Part shown: positions 41,326 through 51,236 of the stretch, one piece after another
Position numbering within the stretch: the stretch's first letter is position 1
Layout: each line of letters starts with the position of its first letter
Assembly: GCA_043812155.1 (NCBI GenBank)
Contig: JBDRMK010000017.1
Span: forward strand, 13,824 to 77,823
Direction: 5' to 3'
Length of the DNA: 64,000 nt
Source: Patescibacteria group bacterium
GTDB taxonomy: Bacteria; Patescibacteriota; Patescibacteriia; JAXHNJ01
Program-made: the position numbers and the translations under genes
Notes under the pieces: generated by a model
Database searches by the model: none
Seen by the model: the letters and a program-made list of their open reading frames with translations, nothing else
Told to the model about the DNA's origin: nothing

Positions 41326-43269
41326 CTACGGCGTGGTATCAAAATAGCACAAACACTTATTTGCCAGGGTGGTATTGGCACAACCGACAGAAGCGCCGTT
41401 GGCATCAAACTGAGCCAGACATTTTGCCGTAGTGTATGTAGGCGTAGGACTTAAAGGAGTGGTAAAGCCAGTACAGACAACCGCGCAGGAAATGGCGCCA
41501 CTTTTTTCTACGACAAAGGTTGACCATGCCGTCTGGGTGGCGTCAGAATTTTTTACCATCGGTACACCCTGAACCGCCACATTACCCTCAAAATATCCGG
41601 CGTAAGCATTAGTTTGCCCGGCGAATTTTGAATTGGAAAGATTAGCCTTAGCATACAAAGCATAACTGGTGCCAGCGCCAGAAATATGCACCGCATTACC
41701 AACATCAGAATAAATCCCATAATTGATAATATTTGATCCGCCGCTATTGTCATGGTCGCCCGTCGCTATATTTATTCCATAAATCGGCCCATTAAATGTC
41801 CAGCGAGAATTCGCTACTTGCACATCAAGGCCAATAGGTTGGGTGTATTCTGAATTACTTATCCTTAAGCCAGTCGTAGAACCATTATTAACATATTGCT
41901 TGGGAATCTCTATTTTCACCTCACCATAAAAATAACCAGCCCAACAATTTCCAGTATCTAGATAATTCTCTAAATCGCTTGGACCGCCACATTTAAAGTA
42001 GCCGGCGTAAAAAGGTCCGGGATTATCTATCGGCGAATTATAAACTTCCGCTCTAACCGCATAACCAGTTGCCTGCTTCGCCGAGCCGGTATCTACATCC
42101 AATATTGCTCTAACCGCCGAGCTATATTTAGCTGGGTCAGCTAAAGGCTCCCGGTCGCCTTTGGTGCTAAAATATCCGCCATATCCTTCGCCACCTTGTT
42201 CACCTACCAAGGCCGCATTATCAGAATTGGCATAGGCATAAATAGCGTCCCCGGAAGAACCGACTTTCAAAGCGGTAGTAGGATTATTGACCACGAACTT
42301 GGCCGTGGGGCTGTTTTGGCCGATACCAATCTTACTCCCTGTTTCATAAATAATGGAATTGGCTAAAGTATTCCCGTCAGGGCTAAATTTGGTCACCCAA
42401 TTCACCGCTCCGTTACTAACTACTCCGCCAGAGCCGGAAGGCCAGGAAGAAATACAATTGGCTCCGGCAATGCAATATTGGCTGGCAGACACTTTCCCGG
42501 AAAAATTGCCGGCGTAGCCGGTGCTGCTATTTTCCGCATAAATAGCCGAACCAGCGGAAGTATTTTTGACCATCAGAGAATCGAAGTTTTCGGCAGTTAA
42601 AGAGTCGGGCGTAAAACCAACGTAGAATTTACCCGGCGTATAAACGCCGTGGGAAAAATCGTTATTATAGTTCAAAGTCAAAAGTCCGTTGCTGTTCAAA
42701 TTCACCAGCGCCCGGCAGCCGTTGCTATTGCAGACGCCCTCGCGGTAAATATGCAAATCGCCGTAACGGCCGGCGCCCTGCATCCCGGTATATATCTGTC
42801 CGGGAAAATAAGTGGTCCCTGTATTAGAATCCAATTGTATAAAATTCTCGCTGGCCGAGGTTTTTGAGCCTAATATCAAGCTACCGGAAGAATATAGGCC
42901 TAAACCGTTCGCGATCCAGGGAAACTTGACAGGTTTGAAAAACTTGCCCATTTCCAGGACATACGTGTCGGAAGCGTCGCCGTTGATCACAGAGGCCACT
43001 CCAGCATAGAGAGTTAATTTCCGATTATTTAACGCATCAAAAGGGATAGCGGCATTGGCCACGGGGATAATATTAGTAAACCAATCGGTTTTATCCTTGA
43101 CTTGATTGTCTAAAAGAGAAGGGCTTAAAAGAGCGGTCAAACCGCTTTGAGATAAATAAAAACTTGAGCTGGCCTGATTAAAGGCTTTTTCCGGCTGAAT
43201 CACGAGTAATCCGGCAAAAATAAAAGCGATGACCAGGAAAATTTTAGGGATGATTTTTAAGAATTTCAA
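41326..43269 (-). CDS. Secreted beta-rich surface protein
   Basis: Signal peptide; repeated YAGYF motifs; Cys-rich C-terminus. Confidence 0.65.
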   Translation of the reverse strand: MKFLKIIPKIFLVIAFIFAGLLVIQPEKAFNQASSSFYLSQSGLTALLSPSLLDNQVKDKTDWFTNIIPVANAAIPFDALNNRKLTLYAGVASVINGDASDTYVLEMGKFFKPVKFPWIANGLGLYSSGSLILGSKTSASENFIQLDSNTGTTYFPGQIYTGMQGAGRYGDLHIYREGVCNSNGCRALVNLNSNGLLTLNYNNDFSHGVYTPGKFYVGFTPDSLTAENFDSLMVKNTSAGSAIYAENSSTGYAGNFSGKVSASQYCIAGANCISSWPSGSGGVVSNGAVNWVTKFSPDGNTLANSIIYETGSKIGIGQNSPTAKFVVNNPTTALKVGSSGDAIYAYANSDNAALVGEQGGEGYGGYFSTKGDREPLADPAKYSSAVRAILDVDTGSAKQATGYAVRAEVYNSPIDNPGPFYAGYFKCGGPSDLENYLDTGNCWAGYFYGEVKIEIPKQYVNNGSTTGLRISNSEYTQPIGLDVQVANSRWTFNGPIYGINIATGDHDNSGGSNIINYGIYSDVGNAVHISGAGTSYALYAKANLSNSKFAGQTNAYAGYFEGNVAVQGVPMVKNSDATQTAWSTFVVEKSGAISCAVVCTGFTTPLSPTPTYTTAKCLAQFDANGASVGCANTTLANKCLCYFDTTP

Positions 43270-43309
43270 AACTAAATGGATTAATATAATTAATTAAAAT
43301 TAATATCGC

Positions 43310-44845
43310 TTAATCAGATATAAAACCGGTTTCAGTTTCTCCAGGACCGCAACTCTTTTTGCATTGGTAAGAAGGAGCGCAGCATTTTCCGCCGGCGGGA
43401 CAGTTAGCGCTGGTAATGCAATAAACGCAACAATCATAGGACGTTCCGCCGATAGAACCGTCTCCATCGTCGCAAGGATTTGTTATCGGATCACTATCCA
43501 TGCACCATTGGTTGATCGGACAACGGCCGGCGAGGGCGAATTTATTGGCGCAGTCCGCAGGGCAGCTTTGGCAGGTTTCCGGCACGCCGCATATTCCGTC
43601 CCCGCAATAATAAGCGGAGTTTAAAGTCTTAAAAGTTTTCGTTTCGCCGTATGTGTAATTGCCGTAGATATCCCAAATAATCACCCGGTAGGAGTAAGTT
43701 AAATTTTTTGTTAAACCAGATAATGGTAATGAATAGGCGGTATTCTCGGGGATCAAAAGCGGCGCCAGCTTGTAATAACTCCATTGATTATCAGTAATGT
43801 CAAAATCATATTCCACTTTTCCGTAATGGTCTTCCGTTGATTGCCAGTTGATTACAGCACTGGTTTCCTTGATATTTGTCACGGTGATCCCTGGAGGCGA
43901 AGTGAAAGTTGGCGGACAATCCTGGGTGCAAGTGGCATTCGTTTCATTGTTATTGCAGGCCCCGTCGCCGCAAGTATATATAGTGTCGGGCGGTTTCTTT
44001 TCCAAATCGCCCGGCTGGCCGATAATCACGCTGCCTTTATTCGTCGCTTTTACGTAAAATTTGGCGTCCGCGCTGCTGGTGCCGCCTACCGCTAAATTTG
44101 AACTTAAATTTGTGACATAGGTGTCGACATTATTCTGGCTCCAATATCCCCCAGAACCGCTGGTCGGCCAAGTATCTCGGAAGACTCCGCCTAACCATAA
44201 ACCGCCGTTTTCAATTCTAACGTCCCCGTAAAAATAACCGGCGTAAGAATCATCACCCAAGGCGCTGCCATAAATACCGCTGCAACGATTGTCATTGCAG
44301 ACCGCCTGACCCCAAACGCCATAAGTCTGGGTACCTCCAGTAACAAGAGACGCTGTGGTGCCAAAAATCCCCGTCGTTCTTCCCGACGATAGCGTGGGCG
44401 GCGCATAGCCGGAAACCGCGAACCTGCTGCCGCTGTCGTCTGTCGGCTTAAGCGTGGTCCAGCCCGCGTTTTCCAGATCTAATACCACGTAATCGCCCGC
44501 CGCTCCGGCGGCTAGTGAAGTCCAAGCGGTATTTTTACAATAATATACAGTATTATCTGCCGAATTATAGGCTACTTGCCCAGTCTCGCAAGGATTGGCA
44601 GTCAATGTTCCAGGATTTAACTTAATTATGCCAAGAGTACCGCCGCTTCCAATATTTAAAGTTCCTATTTTTGTTTGAGTAGTGGCAGAAACATTGATCG
44701 GGGCGGCGACATTTCCTCCGGGCGGGGCGGCGGTCGGCTCGGTCCAAGCTCTTGCTTCCGGCCCAAAAACAAAAAATCCTCCCAAAAACAGACAAAAAAT
44801 AAGGGAGAATAGGGGGATTTTTGCGATTTTATCCTTTATAAGCAT
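43310..44845 (-). CDS. Secreted protein with FN3-like domain and Cys-rich repeats
   Basis: WTEPTAAPPGGNVAAPIN, two CGDGxC repeats, LSGLTKNLTYSYRV; start moved to MLIKDK. Confidence 0.65.
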   Translation of the reverse strand: MLIKDKIAKIPLFSLIFCLFLGGFFVFGPEARAWTEPTAAPPGGNVAAPINVSATTQTKIGTLNIGSGGTLGIIKLNPGTLTANPCETGQVAYNSADNTVYYCKNTAWTSLAAGAAGDYVVLDLENAGWTTLKPTDDSGSRFAVSGYAPPTLSSGRTTGIFGTTASLVTGGTQTYGVWGQAVCNDNRCSGIYGSALGDDSYAGYFYGDVRIENGGLWLGGVFRDTWPTSGSGGYWSQNNVDTYVTNLSSNLAVGGTSSADAKFYVKATNKGSVIIGQPGDLEKKPPDTIYTCGDGACNNNETNATCTQDCPPTFTSPPGITVTNIKETSAVINWQSTEDHYGKVEYDFDITDNQWSYYKLAPLLIPENTAYSLPLSGLTKNLTYSYRVIIWDIYGNYTYGETKTFKTLNSAYYCGDGICGVPETCQSCPADCANKFALAGRCPINQWCMDSDPITNPCDDGDGSIGGTSYDCCVYCITSANCPAGGKCCAPSYQCKKSCGPGETETGFISD

Positions 44846-44987
44846 GGAAAAGGATTCAAATTTTTGTTTATATTTATTCAATATCTGGCCAAAACGAGCT
44901 TTTGACAGCCGGGCGTCTAAACTATATAATAACATAAGAAAGACTATTTTGTCCAGGATAATACGAAACATAACATAACCTTTGTCA

Positions 44988-45521
44988 ATGATAAATAACA
45001 AAAGGGATAATAAAAGGCGTACGGCCTTACCTTGGCCTAAATTCTTGATCATTTCCGGACTGCTGATCGCCGCGCAAATTTTATTTATCACAGCTAATTA
45101 CTTGGGGCGAGAATCAAAGAATGGAAAACCGGCCACGGAGCCTAAGATTCTGGGAGTCATCACGCCAGGCGAAAACGAACCCAAGGAATTCGAAAAACCG
45201 GAAAATTTCAACCGGACCGGAAAAATATTGAAAATAGAAGCCAACAAAATCAGCCTGGAATCGATCTACCTTCTTGACATGAAAATTGTCCAGGCGGTTT
45301 TAACCATCAGGACGGACCATAACACGAAAATACAAAAAAGAGACCTGGCTCAAATTTTTAAATCAGCGGACTCGGAAAACGCTGGAGTGGAAATGATGGA
45401 AATTAAAGACTTAAAAATCGGCGATAATGTGGTCGTCACGGCCGGCGAAAATATAAAATACAAAAATGATTTTCTGGCCGAAATTATCGAATTAAGATAC
45501 GATTCAAGCGATAAAAATTAA
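44988..45521 (+). CDS. Membrane-anchored hypothetical protein (OB-fold-like, DUF5666-type pattern)
   Basis: TM helix; TGKILKI...DLKIGDNVVV. Confidence 0.55.
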   Translation: MINNKRDNKRRTALPWPKFLIISGLLIAAQILFITANYLGRESKNGKPATEPKILGVITPGENEPKEFEKPENFNRTGKILKIEANKISLESIYLLDMKIVQAVLTIRTDHNTKIQKRDLAQIFKSADSENAGVEMMEIKDLKIGDNVVVTAGENIKYKNDFLAEIIELRYDSSDKN

Positions 45522-45548
45522 TATAAAATAAAGAAAGGAAAAATCAAT

Positions 45549-46103
45549 ATGTGGATCATTTATGTCCTGGTCGGAATAATCGTTGTCTTGATCTTCTGGC
45601 TGATCGGGGTTTACAACGCCCTTATCCGCTTGAAGAACCAGACTGACGAAGCCTGGTCGGATATTGACGTCCAGCTAAAAAGAAGGTATGACCTTATCCC
45701 GAATTTGATTGAAACCGTCAAAGGCTACGCCACTCACGAGCGCGAAGTTTTTGAAAACGTGACCAAGGCCCGGGCCCAAGCCATGGGCGCCCAGAATCCG
45801 GAGGAAAAAGGCAAAGCGGAAAATATGCTGACCGGCGCTTTAAAATCCCTTTTCGCGGTGGCGGAAAACTATCCGCAGTTGAGAGCGTCAGAAAACTTCG
45901 CTAAACTGCAGGATGAACTGTCCGACACGGAAAACAAGATCCAGGCCTCAAGACGCTTTTACAACGGCAATGTCCGCGACTTCAACACCAAAATTCAGGT
46001 CTTCCCTAATAACATGATCGCCGCTCGCCTGGGATTCAAAAATCGCGAATTCTTTGAACTGGAAGAAGAAGCGGCCAAACAAGCACCGAAGGTCAGTTTC
46101 TAG
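45549..46103 (+). CDS. lemA: LemA family protein
   Basis: AWSDIDVQLKRRYDLIPNL and AENYPQL motifs. Confidence 0.95.
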   Translation: MWIIYVLVGIIVVLIFWLIGVYNALIRLKNQTDEAWSDIDVQLKRRYDLIPNLIETVKGYATHEREVFENVTKARAQAMGAQNPEEKGKAENMLTGALKSLFAVAENYPQLRASENFAKLQDELSDTENKIQASRRFYNGNVRDFNTKIQVFPNNMIAARLGFKNREFFELEEEAAKQAPKVSF

Positions 46104-46142
46104 AAATTCAAAGCACCATAATCAAAACGCTATACCACACTT

Positions 46143-46227
46143 TGTCATTCCGGACTCGATCCGGAATCCCGTTAATTAAAGCAACTTGTTTTTTTAAACG
46201 AGACCCCGAATCAAGTTCGGGGTGACA
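46143..46227. repeat. Composite REP-like palindromic element (TGTCA...TGACA)
   Basis: TGTCATTCCGGACTCGATCCGGAAT and ACCCCGAATCAAGTTCGGGGTGACA form inverted hairpin halves. Confidence 0.8.
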
Positions 46228-46269
46228 GTTAGTATAAATTAACGTTATATTAGTTTTGTATTTTCAAAT

Positions 46270-47181
46270 ATGACAACATACGACTTCATCAGTTCAAACA
46301 AGCGCCGCAGTTTTTTCCTGATTTTTGCCTTTATCCTGCTGGTTTTAGCCTTGGGTTACTTTATCGGCCAATTCTCGGACGCGGGCTATGCCGGCCTGGT
46401 CTTTGCTTTGGTTATTTCCGGGATTATGGCTTTAATAAGCTGGTATTCCGGAGATAAGATCGCCCTTTGGACGGCCGGAGCCTCCCCTTTGCAAAAAGAA
46501 GAAAACCCTTATGTTTACCGTCTGGTGGAAAATCTTTGCATTACCGCCGGAATGCCGGTGCCAAAAATATTTATAATTAATGATCCTACCCCTAATGCCT
46601 TTGCCACCGGCCGCGACCCCAAGCATGCTTCTATCGCTCTAACCTCGGGAATAATCGAAAAATTGGAAAATGAGGAACTTGAAGGGGTTATCGCCCATGA
46701 ACTTTCCCACATCAAAAATTATGATATCCGGCTGATGATGCTTGTCATTGTCCTGGTCGGAACCGTGACTTTAATCGGACAATGGTTTTTCCGTTTCAGA
46801 TTATTCGGCGGCCGGCGCAACCGCAGTTCAGGCGGCGGACAATTCGCCCTCATTCTTTTGATAGTCGGCTTGGTATTTCTAATCCTCTCGCCGATTTTTG
46901 CCAAACTCCTTCAATTCGCCATCTCCAGAAAAAGAGAATATCTAGCTGACGCTTCCGGATCGCTTCTCACCCGTTACCCGGAAGGACTGGCCAGCGCTTT
47001 GCAAAAAATTTCGCAATATAAACAACCGCTCCTTCATGCCAACCAGGCAACGGCTCATCTCTATATTTCAAGTCCTTTCGGCGAAAAAGCAACCAAGGGC
47101 TTTAACCGTCTTTTTGCCACTCACCCGCCGATCGAAGAAAGGATCGCCGTTTTAAAGAAGATGGCGGAAATCAAGGAATAA
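46270..47181 (+). CDS. htpX: Zinc metalloprotease HtpX (M48)
   Basis: PNAFATG, AHELSH, SRKREYLAD and THPP motifs. Confidence 0.95.
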   Translation: MTTYDFISSNKRRSFFLIFAFILLVLALGYFIGQFSDAGYAGLVFALVISGIMALISWYSGDKIALWTAGASPLQKEENPYVYRLVENLCITAGMPVPKIFIINDPTPNAFATGRDPKHASIALTSGIIEKLENEELEGVIAHELSHIKNYDIRLMMLVIVLVGTVTLIGQWFFRFRLFGGRRNRSSGGGQFALILLIVGLVFLILSPIFAKLLQFAISRKREYLADASGSLLTRYPEGLASALQKISQYKQPLLHANQATAHLYISSPFGEKATKGFNRLFATHPPIEERIAVLKKMAEIKE

Positions 47182-47389
47182 ATTCATAAATTTTTTCTAG
47201 TGGTCACATTATCGCTTTATCATGATTTAATCAAGGCTGTTTTGTTTTAGATATCAAGATATTAAGATATCAAGAATTTATATACACAAAGCTAATTTAT
47301 TACTTAATATCTCAACATCTCGACATCTCAATATCTTATTATCGTCTTGATTTACACGTCAAATAAAGCTATAATACTACATACAAAAT

Positions 47390-49894
47390 ATGGACATTCC
47401 AGTCTTAAAAAAATTCACCCAGCACCTGAAAAATACGCTTAACGCCGCGGCCAAGCTCGCTTTAGAATTGAAAAACAAGTATATCAATCCGGAGCATTTT
47501 CTTTACGGACTTTTAAGCACTCGGGGCGGCATTGCCCATGACATTTTAGGAAAAACCAAATTAAGCCCTGAATTGCTAAAAATCGCCATTCGCGCCGCTA
47601 ATGAACCGGCTCTTCATGATGATCTTGATCTCACGAAATTAAAATTTTCTCTAACGGCGAAAAAAGCCCTGGAAAAATCGGTCTTGACCGCCAACCGCTA
47701 CAAGCATAAATACGTGGGCACGGAGCATCTGCTTTTTTCCCTGTTGGAGCTTAATGACGCTTCTTTGGCAAAAATCCTGGAAGAAAGCCATATTGACCGG
47801 GAAAACCTCAAAAAAAATCTCACCGCGATCTTGAAAAATACCTCCAAGTTTCCCGATCTCTCGGGATTTTTTGCCGAAGAAAAAGAAATGGAAAAGGAAT
47901 TCGCCGGCCTTAAACCTTCCAAAACTCCGGCTCTTGATTTCTTTTCCCATGATCTGACCGACCCGGCTTTGCAAAAATCAATTGATCCCCTGGTCGGCCG
48001 AAGCCAGGAAGTGGAAAGATTGATCCATATTTTATCCCGCCGAACGAAAAATAATCCGATCCTGCTCGGGGATCCCGGCGTGGGAAAAACCGCCATTGTC
48101 GAAGGCTTAGCCAAAAAAATCCTGAAAGGCGAAGTGCCGGACGTTCTGGCCAAGAAAAAAATTCTTTCTTTGGATTTGGGAATGGTCGTGGCCGGCACCA
48201 TTTACCGCGGCGAATTTGAAAGCCGCTTAAAACAGGTGATCGAGGAAATCCGGGCCGATGAAAACATCATCCTTTTTATTGATGAGATCCATAACATCAT
48301 CGGCACCGGCTCAGCCACCGGCTCCATGGACGCCGCCAATATTTTAAAGCCGGCCCTGGCCAAAGGCCAGATCCGCTGCATCGGCGCCACCACCCTGGAA
48401 GAATTCAAAAAAAACATTGAATCCGACCCGGCCTTGGAAAGACGCTTCCAGCCCATCATTATTAAGGAATCTAACGTGGCAGAAACCCTGGAAATACTTG
48501 CGGGTGTAAAAAAGAATTTTGAAGACTATCACCACGTAAAAATAAATGAAGACGCGTTGACGGCCGCGGTCAAACTTTCTTCGCGCTATATTCAAGACAA
48601 ATTTTTGCCGGATAAGGCCATTGACCTGATTGACGAAGCCGCCGCCAAAATTAAAGTCAGCGCAAAAACAAGCCCGCTTTTAAAGAAAATCAAAGCTAAA
48701 GAAAAAGAGCGGGAAAAATTAGAAAGAGAAAAAGAACAGGCCGTTTTAAAAGAGAATTTTGACGAGGCCCTGGCTCTTAAGCAAAAAGAAGGTCAGCTTA
48801 AAATTGATTTGAACAAACTTGGGGAAAAATACGCCAAAGAAACAACCGGCTATGTCGGGGAAATAACGGAAAAAGACATCGCGGAAATAATTTCCAAGAT
48901 CACCGGCGTGCCCTTGGCCGAATTAGTGAAATCAGAAAAAGAAAGACTGGTTAACTTGGAAAAAGAACTGGGGAAATTCATTATCGGCCAAAACGAAGCG
49001 ACCAAAGCGATCGCCGATTTCATCCGCCGCTCCCGGGTCGGACTTTCCCATCCCAACCGCCCGCTTGGCTCTTTTATTTTTTTAGGGCCTTCGGGTGTGG
49101 GCAAAACAGAAATGGCTAAAGTGCTGGCTAAGGTGGTTTTTGAGGATGATAACGCTCTCATCCGCCTGGACATGTCGGAATTCACGGAAAGCTTCAATAT
49201 CTCCAAACTGATCGGCGCCCCGGCCGGCTATGTCGGCTATAAGGAAGGGACAAAATTATCCGACCAGGTAAAAAGAAAACCTTATTCCGTGGTGCTTTTT
49301 GACGAAATGGAAAAAGCCCATCCTGATGTTTTTAATCTTCTCCTGCAGATCCTGGATGAAGGCCATCTGACCGACGCCGTGGGCAAAAAGATAAATTTCA
49401 AAAACACGATCATCATCATGACCTCGAATGTCGGCCTGAAAAACCTCAATCAGCTGGCCGGCATGGGCTTTGAAACGGAAAACGAAGACACAAAAAAGAA
49501 ATGGCAGGAAAAATACGAAGCCATAAAAAATCAGGTTCTTAAAGACCTGCGCGAAAAATTTCGTCCTGAGTTTTTAAACCGGGTGGATAAAACTATCGTT
49601 TTTAAGCCTTTGGATGACGCTGCCGTGGAGAAAATAGTGGAATTGCAAATCAGAGAATTAGGCGAAAGACTGAAAGAGAAAAATATCACGTTTACGCTCA
49701 ATAGCCGGGCGCGCGCCAGCTTGGCCAAAAAGGCTTTTTCCCCTGATTCCGGGGCGCGCGCCGTCCGCAAGTTAATTCAGGAGCTGATAGAAAATCCGCT
49801 GGCGGAAAAAATACTTACCGGTGAAATCAAGGAAGGCGATCGTCTTGACATTCTTTTAGAAAAAGATAATATTAAATTAGCCAAAGCCAAATAG
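47390..49894 (+). CDS. clpC: ATP-dependent Clp protease ATP-binding subunit ClpC
   Basis: Clp-N repeats, GDPGVGKT, UVR-type M domain, GPSGVGKT, GF loop. Confidence 0.92.
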   Translation: MDIPVLKKFTQHLKNTLNAAAKLALELKNKYINPEHFLYGLLSTRGGIAHDILGKTKLSPELLKIAIRAANEPALHDDLDLTKLKFSLTAKKALEKSVLTANRYKHKYVGTEHLLFSLLELNDASLAKILEESHIDRENLKKNLTAILKNTSKFPDLSGFFAEEKEMEKEFAGLKPSKTPALDFFSHDLTDPALQKSIDPLVGRSQEVERLIHILSRRTKNNPILLGDPGVGKTAIVEGLAKKILKGEVPDVLAKKKILSLDLGMVVAGTIYRGEFESRLKQVIEEIRADENIILFIDEIHNIIGTGSATGSMDAANILKPALAKGQIRCIGATTLEEFKKNIESDPALERRFQPIIIKESNVAETLEILAGVKKNFEDYHHVKINEDALTAAVKLSSRYIQDKFLPDKAIDLIDEAAAKIKVSAKTSPLLKKIKAKEKEREKLEREKEQAVLKENFDEALALKQKEGQLKIDLNKLGEKYAKETTGYVGEITEKDIAEIISKITGVPLAELVKSEKERLVNLEKELGKFIIGQNEATKAIADFIRRSRVGLSHPNRPLGSFIFLGPSGVGKTEMAKVLAKVVFEDDNALIRLDMSEFTESFNISKLIGAPAGYVGYKEGTKLSDQVKRKPYSVVLFDEMEKAHPDVFNLLLQILDEGHLTDAVGKKINFKNTIIIMTSNVGLKNLNQLAGMGFETENEDTKKKWQEKYEAIKNQVLKDLREKFRPEFLNRVDKTIVFKPLDDAAVEKIVELQIRELGERLKEKNITFTLNSRARASLAKKAFSPDSGARAVRKLIQELIENPLAEKILTGEIKEGDRLDILLEKDNIKLAKAK

Positions 49895-49952
49895 CTTTTT
49901 GGTGGCCAGATAACCCTTTAGAGTCTTTTCTAAAATAAAAGACTTATTTATT

Positions 49953-50615
49953 ATGCTTATTAAATACAACCAAATAAAAAAATTCCTGCTGGATCTCATC
50001 TTTCCGGTCTTTTGTGTAGATTGCAATAAAGAGGGTGAATGGCTTTGTGTAAGATGCCTTAAAAAAATAAAGTTCAAAGAGCCATTTTTGCCTTTGAAAA
50101 ATGGCTCCGGTCTAAACGGCTTGATCATCATGGCTGATTACCAAAATGAAACGGTTAAACAAGTGATCCATCTTTTAAAATACAATTTCGCTTATGATTT
50201 AAGAACAGCCATAGGAAGCCTGCTGGCCGATTTCATTAAAAAAAGCCGCATTAATTTTCCGGCCCAAACCCTGGTTATTCCCATTCCCCTGCACAAAAAA
50301 CGTTTGCGATGGCGGGGATTCAACCAGGCCCAGATCATCGGCGAAGAGCTGGCGAAAATTTTTTCTTTTAAAGTATCCATTGACAATCTGCGCCGGATAA
50401 AATATACTCAGCCGCAAGTGGAACTTGATGCCAAGGCGCGAAAAAACAATATTATTGACGCCTTTATGCTTCATAATCCTCTTGAAATTTCCGGTCAATC
50501 TGTTATTCTTATAGATGACGTTTATACGACCGGCAGTACCATGAAAGAGGCGGCCAAAGTTCTAAAAAAAGCCGGGACGAAAGAAGTAATCGGATTCGTG
50601 ATTGCGAAAGGTTAA
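49953..50615 (+). CDS. comF: ComF family competence protein
   Basis: CVDC...CVRC, RGFNQ and LIDDVYTTGST motifs. Confidence 0.92.
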   Translation: MLIKYNQIKKFLLDLIFPVFCVDCNKEGEWLCVRCLKKIKFKEPFLPLKNGSGLNGLIIMADYQNETVKQVIHLLKYNFAYDLRTAIGSLLADFIKKSRINFPAQTLVIPIPLHKKRLRWRGFNQAQIIGEELAKIFSFKVSIDNLRRIKYTQPQVELDAKARKNNIIDAFMLHNPLEISGQSVILIDDVYTTGSTMKEAAKVLKKAGTKEVIGFVIAKG

Positions 50616-50651
50616 AAATTATTAATAAACGTAGGGAATCCTATAAAACGT

Positions 50652-50745
50652 GGAGAGGTGGCCGAGTGGCTGAAGGCGGCAGGTTGCTAACCTGTTATGC
50701 GGGTTTAAATCCGTATCGCGAGTTCGAATCTCGCCCTCTCCGCCA
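50652..50745 (+). tRNA. tRNA-Ser(GCT)
   Basis: Acceptor GGAGAGG/CCTCTCC, GCAGG-TT-GCT-AA-CCTGT, long variable arm, TTCGAAT, encoded CCA. Confidence 0.95.
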
Positions 50746-51080
50746 ACCTACGCTCCTTTGGAGCTTCGGTTGGCAGGCCTAGGTATATTTATTGGAAAAT
50801 AATGTGGTATGTATATATTTTAAAAAGTAGAAAGTTGAATAATTGGATATATGTGGGTTCAACTAATAAATTGTCCCGAAGAATTAAAGAACATCAAGAG
50901 AGTAAGTGTCTATCGACTAAACCCTATATGCCAATTTATGTAGTTGCTTATATCGCTGTCATTTCTGTAAAAGTAGCTCGATCACTGGAAAAATACTTGA
51001 AAACTGGCTCAGGAAAAGCGATTTTAAAGAAAAGAATTTTAAGCGACGAAACTTTAGTGTAGTCGCTCTCGCCCTCTCCG
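50729..51080 (+). mobile_element. Putative minimal element: hairpin - GIY-YIG gene - hairpin, bounded by a 14-bp repeat of the tRNA-Ser 3' end
   Basis: TCTCGCCCTCTCCG at 50729-50742 and 51067-51080; hairpins H4 (50742-50777) and H5 (51042-51067) in opposite orientation. Confidence 0.75.
50802..51062 (+). CDS. Small stand-alone GIY-YIG nuclease (SLX1/UPF0213-like)
   Basis: YVYIL...YVGST..L.RRIKEH and ARSLEKYLK.GSG motifs; 86 aa; AT-rich. Confidence 0.9.
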   Translation: MWYVYILKSRKLNNWIYVGSTNKLSRRIKEHQESKCLSTKPYMPIYVVAYIAVISVKVARSLEKYLKTGSGKAILKKRILSDETLV

Positions 51081-51119
51081 TTTAAAAAATAAATATTCTT
51101 ATTACTTCCGCGTCAGAAC

Positions 51120-51219
51120 GGAGGGGTGCCAGAGCGGTTGAATCCCGTCATTCGGCGGGACAAGTGGGACGGTCTTGCCACCCCGCCGTAGGGGGGTCAC
51201 GCCCGAGGCGGGAAAAACC
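51120..51219 (+). pseudogene. tRNA-Ser(TGA) 5' remnant carrying two hairpin insertions
   Basis: Removing 51144-51165 and 51178-51213 leaves GGAGGGGTGCCAGAGCGGTTGAATGGGACGGTCTTGAAAACC. Confidence 0.8.
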
Positions 51220-51236
51220 TTACATAAAATATATCT

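Noticed and set aside
44846-45091. 5' extension of the 593-aa ORF
   Set aside because: It overlaps the divergent gene and its promoter region; a signal-peptide-like start at 44845 fits better.
51120-51219. Hairpin inserts as spliceable tRNA introns (group I or archaeal type)
   Set aside because: They are too short for group I, the first copy has no 3' half, and a complete isoacceptor follows.
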